64,000 nucleotides of DNA from NCBI GenBank assembly GCA_013239625.1, contig MU053379.1, positions 3,082,866 through 3,146,865 on the forward strand. Direction: 5' to 3'. Below are positions 13,701 to 26,419 of the stretch, piece by piece; within the stretch, counting starts at the first letter, position 1, and the number at the start of each line of letters is the position of its first letter. The translations under genes and the position numbers were made by a program. Source of the stretch: Lama guanicoe. Taxonomy: Eukaryota. The notes under the pieces are model-generated. The model searched no databases. It saw nothing but the letters and a program-made list of their open reading frames with translations, and was not told where the DNA came from.

Positions 13701-14745
13701 AATACCCTGTGACCAGCAGCCTCCCTGCACTGGCAAGTTACACACGCATCCAAATATTTCCAATCCTGTAGCAAACGTGGCTGCAAGTAAATGGCTATAC
13801 TGGAACCTACATCACCGAGAACAAATCCAGTTACAACACGTGTGCACTGTGCATAAATTCCAGATCTCCACCACCAGAGAAATAGATTCATTCGTGCGTT
13901 GGATGCATGTATACAATTCCCGCTGTGTTTATTGTATGCAGATGGGCCCAGACACCTGTCGGTGTCTACAGTGTTAAGAGTTTCAGTGTAAATATCTAGA
14001 CTATTTCTGCCCCAGAACTGGGCCGTCGCATGGACGGGAGGCGATCTGGGAGAAGTTGTGCTGGGGCTCAGAGCAAGGGCAGGAGATCGGACTGAGGTTC
14101 TAGCAGTGCAGCGGTCAGCTTCCCAAAGCCAGGAAAGCCAGGGTACAGGGATGGCCATCGAGACACTGAATCTTGTCAAAGACAACTCTTAGAGGTGCTC
14201 AACCCAGAGCACAGACATCTGCACACCAGCCGAGTCCAGCCTCCGAGCCAGGGAGCAAAGAAAGGCAGGCCACGCCGGCGTGGCTCAGTACAGAGCAGCG
14301 ACTGTGTACAGCTTCTGCGCGGCGGCCAGGAGATTATCGCAGCCACACACGTGTGCCAACTCACACTGGGGTCTACTTTTGACAGCTGAGGACAGTGGCA
14401 GGGCCACACAACAGCGACATCAAAGAGTGAGGTCACAGCTGCAGGTCTGGGATGCAACAGCCTATTAGCAGAGCACTTCCAACTACCACTTTCCTTAGAC
14501 ATTAACGAGTGATGGTGCCTCATTACATTTTTCCTCCCAAGCCTTGGGCGAGCTTTCCCACATTCCCATTTGCAAGAAGACAAAAGCAAAGTAAGTAAGA
14601 AAAGCGAGGCGGGAGATGGAGGATGGGAGGAAATATGTTGGAGATGGGAACTGACTGCATTTTCAGCTACGATAAAGGAAGAAAAGCCTGCCTGTTAAAC
14701 ACTCTCAATGATTTAAGTGTTAGGAGAAATACAGCAGTGTGAGCA

Positions 14746-15320
14746 TGTTGCCGACAGTCAGCCCCGGCCCTGACGAGCCAAGTAACTCAGTGACCGGGTC
14801 TTGGAGCTTAAAAGAAAACAGGCAGCTCTATTGCTTTGCCGGGCAAAGGGGACTCATAGCAGGCTGGTGCCTTCAAAACTGGGCGCCCACCTTGGGGACA
14901 GGGCAGTAGGGCGGTTATACAGCCGTAGCTCAAACAATAAGGCATCGATCACCATCCACAGAATCATTTTCTCATCAGAAGACTTACAGCGGCATCATGA
15001 TGCCTCCAGGCGACCAGTTCTGTAGAGGCCAGTGGTGGTCACTTTTTCAATCTCTTTATCTCGTAAGCACTCAAGGCGTGGTCTTCTTGGTATGTAGCCT
15101 ACTTTGCAAGGTTACAGTTCTGTGACCTTCTCCCTGGACGTCGACTCAGAGACCAAGCATGATAAGAGCTTTTGGTCACTGGAATAAAGTAGAAACAGCA
15201 AGTTCAGCAGCTTGGAGCTGTGAGCAGTGGCCCGTCAGTCAGGTACGGGCAAGCATAAGCCATCTGTAAGAACAAGCAGGCTGTTAGCCTAAATGTGGCC
15301 ATTTTGTTAACCCTCCTTCA
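14746..15320 (-). mobile_element. ERV1-type solo LTR with 4-bp TSD
   Basis: TG...CA termini, with AGCA on both sides (14742-14745, 15321-15324). Orientation inferred from the U5-like end at left. Confidence 0.85.
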
Positions 15321-15445
15321 AGCACAGGTGACAAATGATTAGTCAGGGAGGCTGGGAGGGAGGAAGGGGAGGTGGGGGGTAGGGGAGGAAAAAGAAACAG
15401 CTGTAAAAACCCTCAGTTGTCATATGGGGACATCTTACTGGATGT

Positions 15446-15922
15446 CGTCGACTGAAATAAATGAAAGCTGAGAGTCATGTTTTATTCAGTGGACAATTCT
15501 GAGGACTCGAGCCAGGATGACAGCCTCCCAGATCGCTCTGAGGGGCTGCTCCAAAGAGGTACGGGAGGAGCTGGGATATATAGGAGCTTTATAACAAAGA
15601 CCAGGTAGTCGGAACACTAAAAGATTACTTGTTATCTAAAGAAAACCAGGCATTTCAAGTTAAAGAATTTAGGGCTTTTTTATGTATGGGAGGGAGCAAA
15701 CATTTGGGCTCATTGACTAAATTCCTTTGACAAGCACCTAGCTATCTAGGGCCAGTATCTTGTCCTTTCTTATTCTGAGTCCCTCAGAGGGCACCACTGT
15801 GAGTGGCTGTAGAGGCCAGGCTGCAGGCTTGTCTTCACTGGAGCGTGGCAGCAGCCACTGATGACTTGATGGCTTCAGCATTCTTTGTTTACTGATATGG
15901 CTTGCAGTACTTTTTGCTCACA
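15446..15922 (-). mobile_element. ERV1-type solo LTR with TSD
   Basis: (C)GTCGACTGAAA...GCTCACA, flanked by ATGT on both sides (15442-15445, 15923-15926). TTTATT (minus-strand AATAAA) near 15482. Confidence 0.8.
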
Positions 15923-17001
15923 ATGTCAATCCAGAAAACAAGCATTTCATAAATCTCACCCTTCTTTAAATGCATCTGGGACACAGTAGCAACTAGTTTC
16001 ATAAATCAAAAACCTTTGGGTGGTGTGAACACTCAACACTTACCATTGGCATGCTACTTGTGGTCTTTCGTGACAGCAAGTTTTAAAAAACTTCTCATAG
16101 AAGGAAAAATTAATTGCATCACACACACACACACACACAAAATGCACTGAACTGTTTGGAAGTAAATGGCGGCCTTTGTATAGCCAGAAACGTGTGGACG
16201 TAATATCTGAAACCTTATGGTCTGAACATGAACTCAGACTTTTTTTATAAGTCATTTTTTACCCTCCCTCCCTCCCTTTCCTGGTGAAAACTCAAAACTT
16301 GAATTTCCTCCCTTCCATTTGTTAGCAGGAGTGGTTCATTCATTACATTTGCAGAGAAGTGTCTGAGGTGGTTGGAAGGGTATTAAAATCACCCGGCAAG
16401 AAAGGTGACCCGTGAAATTCCTGGTGGCTTAAATTTCTGAAAAGAAAGAAGGAAGAAGGAAAGAGAGTATCGCATATCTTTGTCGTGTTAATCTGCCAGG
16501 AAATGGTTATAATGTCCCAGGAACCTTGAAAGGGATGGAGTGAGTCCAAGTTTGGCCTCCCACGTGGGGCACAGGAGACTCTGAAATTAGACTTGAGTCT
16601 CTGCTTCTGGACTCAGGAGAGGAGAGAGGGGACCTACCTACCCAGCCTCCAGAGTCTGACGTCCAAACTCTCTAAAACTGTCAGTTCAGGGAACTCGGCT
16701 TTCCTTGGTAGCAAAGACAGAACAAGGAAGCAAGGCGTTCAAAATAATTCAGAAAAGAAAGGACACCCACAGTGATGACAGATCTATGACATTTCTGTAA
16801 TGTGAACCTGTTGCCTCCTGCTCTTTCCTTTCTTGTCAATTTTCTTAAAATATGAATAAGAAATTGTGGCATATATTCAACTTCATATTTTGCTTTCTTT
16901 TTCCCCAAAGCACTTCTCATGCTACTGAGACAGGAGGAAAGGGGGCAGGGTACAGCCACTTAAGGAATGACAGCAATTTAACACCAAAGGAGTGGAAGAT
17001 T

Positions 17002-20000
17002 ATAAAGAAAGATAAAGAAGGACATTTTATAATGATTATAGGAGTAATACAAGATGAGGATATTACACTCGTTAATATATATGCACCCAATATAGGGGCA
17101 CCTAAGTACATAAAACAATTACTAACAGAGGTAAAGGAGGATATTGATGGGAATACAATCATAGTCGGAGATTTTAACACTGCATTAACATCACGAGACA
17201 GATCTTCCAGACAGAAAATAAATAAGGCAAAAGAGAAATTCAATAATACAACAGAAAAATTAGATTTGGTGGATATGTTCAGAGTATTACACCCCCCAAA
17301 AATAGGATATACATTCTTTTCAAGTGTACATGGAACATTTTCTAGGATTGATCATGTACTTGGACACAAAAGAAACCTCAGCAATTTTAAGAAGATAGAA
17401 ATTATCTCAAGCATCTTTACTGACCACAATGCCATGAAACTAGAAATCAACAACAAAGAAACAAAGGAGAAGAAAAGGAAAGCATGGAAATTAAACAACA
17501 TGCTATTAAAAAAACAATGGGTCAATGAGGAAATCAAAGTTGAAATTAAAAAATGCCTTGAGACAAATGAAAATGAAAACACAACCACACAAAACTTATG
17601 GGATGCAGCAATGTCAGTGCTAAGAGGGAAGTTTAGGGTGATACAGGCCTTCTTCAAAAAAGAAGAACAATCTCAAATAAACAATCTAACCCACCAGCTA
17701 AAAGAATTAGAAAAAGAAGAGCAAAAAACCCCAAAAGGCAGCAGAAGGAAGGAAATAATAAAGATCAGGGAGGAAATAGATACGATAGAGACTGAAAAAC
17801 CAATAGAAAAAAAATGAATCAAACCAAAAGCTGGTTTTTTGAAAAGGTAAATAAAATCCACAAACCTCTGGCCAAACTCACAAAGAAGAAAAAAGAGAGA
17901 GCACAAATAAGCAAAATAAGAAAGGAAAATGGAGAAATTACAACAAATAACATAGAAATACAGACTATCATACGAGAATATTGTGAAGAACTATATGGAA
18001 CCAAACTGGATAACCTAGAGGAGATGGACGAGTTTCTGGAAACATACAGTCCACCAAGACTGAACCAAGAATAAACTGACCACTTGAACAAACCGATCAC
18101 TAGAAATGAAATCGAATTAGCAATAAAAAAAACCTCCCTACAAATAAAAGTCCAGGACTGGATGGCTTCACTGGAAAATTCTACCAAACATACAAAGAAG
18201 AACTCATACCAGTCCTTCTCAAACTCTTCCAGAAGATTGAAAAGGAGGGAATACTCCCAAACTCATTCTATGAAGCCACCATCACCCTGATACCAAAACC
18301 AGGCAAAGACACTACCAAAAAAGAGAATTATAGGCCAGTATCGCTGATGAACATAGATGCAAAAATCCTCACCAAAATATTAGCAAATAGAATCCAACAG
18401 CACATAAAAAAGATTATACATCATGACCAAGTGGGGTTCATCCCAGGGACACAAGGGTGGCTCAACATACGTAAATCAATCATCAATGTAATACATCATA
18501 TCAACAAGAGAAAGGACAAAAACCACGTGATCATCTCAATAGATGCAGAAAAAGCATTTGATAAAATTCAACACCCATTTATGATAAAAACTCTCACCAA
18601 AGTGGGTATAGAGGAGACATATCTCAACATCATAAAAGCTACATATGACAAACCTACAGCAAGCATAGCACTCAATGGTGAAAAACTCAAAAGCTTCCCA
18701 CTAAAATCTGGGACAAGACAAGGATACCCACTATCACCACTCCTATTCAACATAGTCTTGGAAGTCCTAGCCACAGCAATCAGGCAAGAGAGAGAAATAA
18801 AAGGGATCCAAATTGGAAAAGAAGAGGTAAAAGTGTCACTATATGCAGATGATATGATACTATATATAGAAAACCCTAAAAGGTCCACACAAAAACTACT
18901 AGAGCTGGTTGAAGAATTCCGCAAGGTAGCAGGTTACAAGGTTAATGTTCAAAAAATCAGTTGCATTTCTTTACACTAATGATGAATCAACATAAAAAGA
19001 AAGTAAAGAAACAATCCCCTTTAAAATAGGACCCGAAGTCATAAAATACCTAGGAATAAATCTAACCAAGGAGGTGAAAGAATTATACACAGAAAACTAT
19101 AAACCATTGATGAAGGAAATTAAAGAAGATTTTAAAAAATGGAAAGATATCCCATGCTCTTGGATTGGAAGAATCAATATTGTTAAAATGGTCACACTGC
19201 CCAAGGCAATCTACAGATTTAATGCAATCCCTATCAAATTACCCAGAACATAGTTCACAGAACTAGAACAAATCATAATAACATTTATATGGAAACATCA
19301 AAGACCTAGAATTGCCAAAGCATTACTGAAGAGAAAGAAAGAGGCTGGAGGAATAACTCTCCCAGACTTCAGACAATATTATAGAGCTATAGTCATCAAG
19401 ACAGCACGGTATTGATACAAAAACAGACATATAGACCAATGGAACAGAATAGAGAGCCCAGAAATGAACCCACAAACTTCTGGTCAACTAATGTTTGACA
19501 AAGGAGGCAAAAATATACAATGGAATAAAGACAGTCTCTTCAGCAAATGGTGCTGGGAAAACTGGACAGCAGCATGTAAATCAATGAAGTTAGAACACAC
19601 CCTTACACCATACACAAAAATCAACTCAAAATGGATCAGAAACTTAAACCTGAGACAAGATACAATAAATCTCCTAGAAGAAAATATAGGCAAAACATTA
19701 TCTGACATACATCTCAAAAATATTTTCCTAGAAGAAATAAAAGCAAGAATAAATAAATGGGCCTAATTAAACTTACAAGCTTCTGCACAGCAAAGGAAAC
19801 CATAAGTAAAACAAAACGACAACCTATGGAATGGGAGGAAATTTTTACAAATGAAACCAACAAAGGCTTGATCTCCAGAATATGTAAGCAGCTCATACAA
19901 CTTAATAAGAAAAAAAAAAACCCAATCCAAAAATGGGCAAAAGACCTAAACAAGCAATTCTCAAAGGAAGAAATACAAATGATCAATAGGCCCATGAAAA

Positions 20001-20540
20001 CATGCTCAATATCACTAATTATCAGAGAAATGCAAATCAAAACTACTCTGGTATTACCTCACAGCAGTCAGAATGACCATCATTCAAAAGTCCACAAATG
20101 ATAAATGCTAGAAAGGGTGTGGAGAAAAGGGAACCCTCCTACACTGCTGGTGGGAATGCAGTTTGGTGCAGCCACTGTGGAAAACAGTATGGAGATTCCT
20201 CAAAAGACTAGGAATAGACTTACCGTATGACCCAGGAATCCCACTCCTGGGCTTATATCCAGAAGGAACCTTACTTCAAAATGACACCTGCACCCCAATG
20301 TTCATAGCAGCACTATTTACAATACCCAAGAAATCGAAACTGCCTAAATGTCCATCAACAGATGACTGGATAAAGAAGAGGTGGTATATTTATACAATGG
20401 AATACTATTCAGCCAACAAAACCAACAACATAACGCCATTTGCAGCAACAAGGATGCTCCTGGAGAATGTCATTCTAAGTGAAGTAAGCCAGAAAGAGAA
20501 AGAAAAATACTATATGAGATTGCTTATATGTGGAATCTGA
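17002..20540 (+). pseudogene. Disrupted L1 ORF2 (endonuclease/reverse transcriptase)
   Basis: Split across ORFs 16852-17817, 17814-18074, 18347-18979, 19464-19766, 19757-20101 and 20163-20540 by frameshifts (several in A-runs) and stops (e.g. TAA at 18072-18074). The endonuclease N-terminus is missing. Confidence 0.95.
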
Positions 20541-20838
20541 AAAAAAAACATAAATACAAAACAGAAACAGACTCATAGACATAGAATACAAACTTGTGTT
20601 GCAAAGCGGGCAGGTAGTGGGAAGGGATAGACTGAGATTTCAAAATGTAGACTAGATAAACAAGATTATACGGTATAGCACAGGGAAATATATACAGGAT
20701 CTTATAGTAGCTCACAGAGAATAAAATGTGACAATGAATATATATATGTTCATGTATAACTGAAAAATTGTGCTCTACACTGGAATTTGACACAACATTG
20801 TAAAATGATTATAAATCAGTAAAAAATGTTAAAAAAAA
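17002..20838 (+). mobile_element. 5'-truncated LINE-1 (ORF2 from mid-endonuclease to the end, 3' UTR and A-rich tail), inactivated
   Basis: ORF fragments carry L1 ORF2 motifs: NIYAPN, VGDFN, SRIDH, TDHN (endonuclease); [10 protein letters not shown] and YADD (reverse transcriptase); C-terminal ...ICGI* at 20540. The 3' UTR and A-rich tail follow, and GTGGAAGATT flanks both ends (16992-17001, 20841-20850). Confidence 0.97.
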
Positions 20839-23720
20839 TGGTGGAAGATTCACCAAAATGGTGGAAGATTCAACTCCCAGTTGGCCTTAACGATTTAACT
20901 TCTAGTAGACCTTGAGCTTCATTAAATGCTCATTGTAACAGCGTCATAAATAACCTGCCCGCAGGTGCCATGATAGTTCCAAGCAAAAGGCCAAAGAATG
21001 GGCGGTGACCCAGTTCCTGGTAATCTCAGCCCCCTCCCCAGGGCAGTTGGAATGGTCCCTCCCACCTGTAGGCGTGTGAAGCTACCGAGCCCATAAAACA
21101 TGGCGACACAACACCTAGTGGCCTTTTTCGTGAGACGGCCCACACTCTGTCTATGGAGTGTGTGCCTACGTTTACTTTAACCTGAGCACCCAGTTCCCAC
21201 ACCTCTTTCCTTGCCTTTCTCTTGCCTTGCACTCTATGCAGTGTGTATCTCTCTAAATAAATCTCCCTTTACTCAATGGTGGCTTGCACTTGAATTCTTT
21301 CCTGCGTGAAGCCAAGGACCCACACTTGGCGGGGCATGTCCCAGGGGCTCAACCGAGACCTGGGACACGGCCGTCCTCACATCCCACATCCGTTTTCCTG
21401 CATCATCTCCAAATAGTTATCGCGGCCATTATTTTAAATGGCCACAGAAAACTCCATGGAGCAGGTACCAGAATGTTCTGCACAGGAGCTCCGTTCTGGG
21501 CATATTTTTCTATCCACCTCAGTCTCCACCAGCGAACTTGGCTTATGTTGGCCACAGGGAGCCAAAGTCATGGAAATAAAGTCCGAAGAAAAGTTCTTAC
21601 TGGAACCAGCTGGATTTACACCCCTGCCACCGTCCAGGACTGGAGGGCGCTGGAGGGGGCAGGAGGGTGGAAAATGAATCAAAGAAGACCCATAACCCCC
21701 CCCAAAGGGTGAGTGTCCAGCCCAGAGCAGCTCATCAGATGCTAATGTTCCCTTTGCATTAATTAGTGAGAACAGTTTATAGGCAACTGCTTTATATCAG
21801 CCTGCTCTATTTATTTATCTTATAGCCTTTATTTTTTTTTTACAGCAGTTATGAGTCCACAGCAAAATGGAGCAGAAGGTACAGAGATTTCCCATTTATC
21901 CCCACATACGTGGAGCCTCCCCGGTTACCAACATAGTGAAATGTTAGTTACAACCGCTAAGAGGAAACTGAGCAGAAACCCGGGGCCTCGCCCACTGCGC
22001 TGCCCACCGTCCTCCCAGCCTCCCCACTTATGCCCACTGACCACTTCCTGCCGCAGACCCGAAGCACCGGGGGATGGCGACCCCTCGGGAGCCAGCCTCC
22101 GAGGATGGTTACCGTAGGCTGGTGTTTATGTGCCAACTCCCCCGCCTTCAGCGGGAGTGAGTTGAGGCCAGGTGAGCACCACTGCCCACCGTGGGAGCTG
22201 GCCCCATCAAGCCCTGATGGGCAGCTTCTGCCCTGGGTCCCTTCCCTCCTGGCTGACCCACACCCCTCACAGCTCTTTGCCCTCCAGTTCTCTCCTTTCA
22301 CCCCTTCTTTCTCTCTCCCTCCTTTTCCCTTCCTCTCTCCTGCTTTTTAACCCCCTACCCCCTTCTCCCCCCCACCACCCCCTTTGCCTGTCTCTTTCTT
22401 CCTCTCTCTGAGATGGCAGCTCACCTAGCTGATGACAGTCCAGGGTGGCCGCTAAAACCAGGTGGTCATGTCCATGGACAGGCATCTCAGGCCACCGGGA
22501 GCCCTTAGAGGGACTGGGGCATCATGAATGGAGTCAGACAAGGTCAGATGTGATCTCGCCTGTGGGAGCCTAAGCCCACTGGCCAGGGCAGCCTCCAGAA
22601 ACAGCACAGCTGCCTTTCAGACGGACAGTCTTAGAAGGGCAGAGCACAAGGCAGCTCAGAAAGCAAGTCCGTAAGCCAAGGGCCAGACCCCTCCCCCTTA
22701 GGGAGTTCCCATCCCCTGAACATTGTCGGTGAACCTTGCCCTGGGGCTTCAGTCTGCAGGTGGCGTCCAGGAAGCTCAGCACTGCGAGGGCAGCTTATGC
22801 ACCAGCTACTGCGTGGACTCGGAATGAGTGAGCAGGATTGAGTGAGTTCAGCCCAGAGCACACTATCACTCACCCCTGTTACTTGTGGCTTCAGTACACA
22901 GCCTGGCAGTGGCCATGCTTTTAAAACCACTCTTAGGTAACTGGTGTTTTCTGAGACTCAGAGCTGGGAAAGGTGGAAATCTATGGAAAGAAACCATTGG
23001 CGGGTGATGGTACTTGTCAAAAGTGGATATGCTGATTTCATAAGTGGTATGTGTCTGAAGACGAGGATGGTCGCTGGAGCACCCCCACGCCCCCCATGAC
23101 CTCAGCACCCCCATTTCTGTGCAGACCACTCAAAAGCTTCCAGCTGTGAGTCCCCAGGACCTCCTGGGCCTCTGGAGCAGCCTTCCACCCACGGCTGGTA
23201 GGAGTTGCTTAATAGATACTCAGGTGACCTTGCCCGCGGGCGAAGGTCCCTCTGACGTGGGCTCCACACGGTTTCCCAGGGTTGCCCGGCGGGGGGACCC
23301 CAGGAGCCCTGGGTGACGCCTCACTAACACCGCCTCTACTCGCTGTTTCCCTTCCTCGCCTCTCGTCCCCTGTCCCCCACCAGCGTTTCCTAAAGTTGCA
23401 GCACCTCACCTTTGTCGTAGGGTCTCCCCAGGGGAACCGAGACTAAGATCGATGCAAAACCCAGAGAGAGACAGTCCCATTACCCCCAGAGGGTAACCTT
23501 AACCACCGCGGGAAGCTCTGGAGACACTTCTGGACAGACGTTGCCTTTTATCACTTACATCACTGCGGGAGGCGTTGACTCTGCTCGTGAGACTCACTTC
23601 GCCACGTTGTTGTCTGAATGTGTAACTGAGCTGCAAACAGCAGAAGGGAATTTGGATGTGGATTGTTTAACACACACACACACACACACTTACTGTCCTT
23701 AAGAATGAAATTATGTCATT

Positions 23721-24208
23721 TGTATCAGGTTCCTAGAGCTGTTCTAACAAACCACCACAAACTGGGGGGTTTAAAATAACAGACGTCCGTGGCCGCATGG
23801 CTCTGGAGTCAAGTCCAAAGTCAAGGTGTGGCCAGGACCGTGCTTCCTCTGAAACCTGCAGGGAAGATCCCTGCCTCTCCACAAGCCTGGCAGTGTGTTG
23901 ATGTGTCTGGCCGTGTGCTGGTGGTCTTTGGTTTTCCTTGTCTCTAAGTACCCCTGCTCGGTCACCACATGGTGTCCCCCCGTGTCTGTTCACTCTGCCT
24001 TCCTGCTGTGCGTGTGTGCCCCGTGTCCAAATTCCTCCTCTTCTGTAAGGATACCAGTCAGACTGGATTAGCGCCACCCTAATGACCTCACCTTAACTTG
24101 ATTACCTGTGTCAAGACCCTATTTCCAAATAACATGGCACATTCCGAGGTCCTGGGGCTTAGGACTTCAACTTATCTTTTTGGGGGGAACGCAATTCAAC
24201 TCATAACA
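23721..24208 (-). mobile_element. MaLR LTR (MLT1B/C-like)
   Basis: TGTATCAGGTTCCTAGAGCTG…AACAAACCACCACAAACTGG…TAAGGATACCAGTCAGACTGGATTAG…GCAATTCAACTCATAACA. Confidence 0.85.
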
Positions 24209-26164
24209 TATTTTGAGAAACATTTGGAAAGAAGAATCTACCAGACAAAACTGTAATAAAAGCTGGATTATAACAATTTTTTAAAATGTCCTTTAAAAAA
24301 TGTCCAGTTAAGCTATGACATAATCTTTCAACACATTTTAGTTTAATTTTAAAATGTTTTTCATGGATGAGATACACGACTTATTCAAAGAATCCTGTCT
24401 GTTAGCAAAGGATGCGTTTGTTACCTGGAAGTGGAGGCCTGACAGAGGGTAGTGGAAACGACACTGAGGAAGTGGTGGAGCTTTGTGGGGAGGGGGCTGC
24501 TTCTGAGGAGGCGGAGGTGGGAGGACGACAACCTGACACCAGAGTGAGTGGCTAAGGTGCTGGGAGAGCTGCTTCGCATCCAGGCTTGTAATGAAGAGGG
24601 CACGTCGCAGCCAGGCCTCCTTATCGTCATCTTGTACAGGAAAGGCTGCACTTTTTAAAAACCATAAAGTAATATGCTCTCACAGCAAAACATCTAAAAG
24701 AGCAAAATCACAAGAGATTAAAATTGTACCTCTTTCTTTATTCCAATTTTTTAATTCTTCTCCCAAGAAGCAAATTCCTGTTAACAGTTTTCAGCGTCTT
24801 CTTCTAAACTATGTTCAATGTTTGTTGTTTTCAAAAAAACATGAGGTCATACTGCATATAGTGCTCTTAAATTTCCCTTTTTCCACTTGACAATACCTCA
24901 TGGGCATTTTTCCGTGGACGTGCACAGCGTCTCTGTCACTATTTTTAATGGCTTCATGGTATTCCCGAGTATGGATGTGTCACGATGAATTCAATCACTC
25001 CCCACGCCGAAATCACACGTTTTGGTGGGCTCCTAATTTTTTATCATCACAAACGATGGTTCAGGGAACATACCTGTGTAAGAATCTTTGCATGGTTAGG
25101 AATTTCTGTATTATTATTGTTCCCAAGGGAGAATTGCTCCATCAATGCACGTTTAAAATTTTGGTGGGTACTTCCAAAGTGGAGTCCCAGATGGCTGCAC
25201 CAGTCTCCACTCCTACCACTGCTTCACGGTTTGTTCACAGGACACACTTGAGTCTTAAGCATAATTACACTTGGAAGTCTCCTGATATTAATTATACAAT
25301 TGATTGAGTCCAGAAAACTTTTCTACATACTTAATTCTGTAAGAAACAAAACTTGCCTAATCCTGAGAGCAAATTTACAGTGACTATTCCTCTCCAGCTT
25401 ATAACTTCTGCTTTTCTCAAGAGAATTTCTGAACCAGCACTGGGTTTCCCACTGGAAAATTAAAGAATTCTGGAACTTCTGGATTCCTACTAGAGTGGCA
25501 CTAATGAAAAAAAAAAAAAGCCATGTTGGGAAGGACAAGGACCAGCAGGCACGGCCCCCACGCTGGCAGTGGAAGCGAACGTCACTACAGCCAGTTCGGA
25601 GAACTATTAGGTAGAATCAACTAAAACTGACCATCCGAGCCAACAATTCAACCTCTAGCTACACACTGAGCATGCATTCATCTAAAGAAATACACTAAAC
25701 TATTCACAGCAGCACTATTCCTATTAGCCCCAGATTTGGAACAATCCAAGTGCCCAGCGGAAGCAGACGGATGGGTGGACTGCGGCCCGCTCGTGGAAAG
25801 CAGCATCACGCAGCAGTGCGCGGAAGCACCTACAACCGTCAGTAAAAATACAGATGCATTTTGCAAACATAATTTTGAGCAGAATAGCCAGACACAACAG
25901 AGTCCATCTTGTATGAGTCCATCTCCATGAAAGTCAGGTGATTTAATGCTGTCAGAAGTCTGGGTATGGTCATCTTTGGGTGGTGGTGCAGGGGAGGGGA
26001 GACTGCCTGGGAGGTGGCATGAGGGGGCTTCTGGGTGGCTGGTAACATTCTGTTTCTTGATTTGATGCTCACCTAGGCCTATGGCATTCGTGGAGCTACT
26101 CCCGTGTAATTGGTGCACTTTTCTCTGTGTGTACAATACGAGGTTTCTCAATACAAGGTTTATT

Positions 26165-26275
26165 AACAAGGAGTATCTAGAACGTGAAAAAGAACACATA
26201 CGCATAGTATAACTGAACCACTGTGCTGTGCACCAGAAGCTAACACGTTGTAAGTCAGCTCTCCTTCCATCACAG
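26165..26275 (+). mobile_element. Eroded L1 3' tail
   Basis: TATAACTGAACCACTGTGCTGTGCACCAGAAGCTAACACGTTGTAAGTCAGCT matches the L1 tails; the poly(A) signal is degenerate. Confidence 0.7.
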
Positions 26276-26419
26276 AAAGGAGCATCGGCTGGAAATCTCT
26301 GTCTCTGCTTCTTTACTTCTCTAAAACCTTTAGATCTTTGACCTCTACAGTTTCTGAATTAGCAGCAGCGATATGTGGTGGCCTCCCCCCTTGACCACCT
26401 CAGCATTTCCCATAAAACC

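Larger units (their letters stand above)
16926..21405 (+). mobile_element. ERV1-type solo LTR interrupted by the L1 (LTR parts ~16926-17001 and ~20839-21405)
   Basis: Starts TGAGACAGG and ends CCTGCATCA. The sequence continues across the L1 (CACCAAA..GTGGAAGATT). TATA-like CATAAAA near 21092 and AATAAA at 21256-21261. The LTR's own TSD is not resolved. Confidence 0.75.

Noticed and set aside
16917..20793. Hydrophobic minus-strand ORFs
   Set aside because: Antisense translations of A-rich L1 ORF2, a well-known artefact.
24404..24555. Short acidic reading frame (GSGGLTEGSGNDTEEVVELCGEGAASEEAEV) with nearby splice-like sites
   Set aside because: Explained by a purine-rich GAG/GGA composition; weak acceptor and no recognisable homologue.
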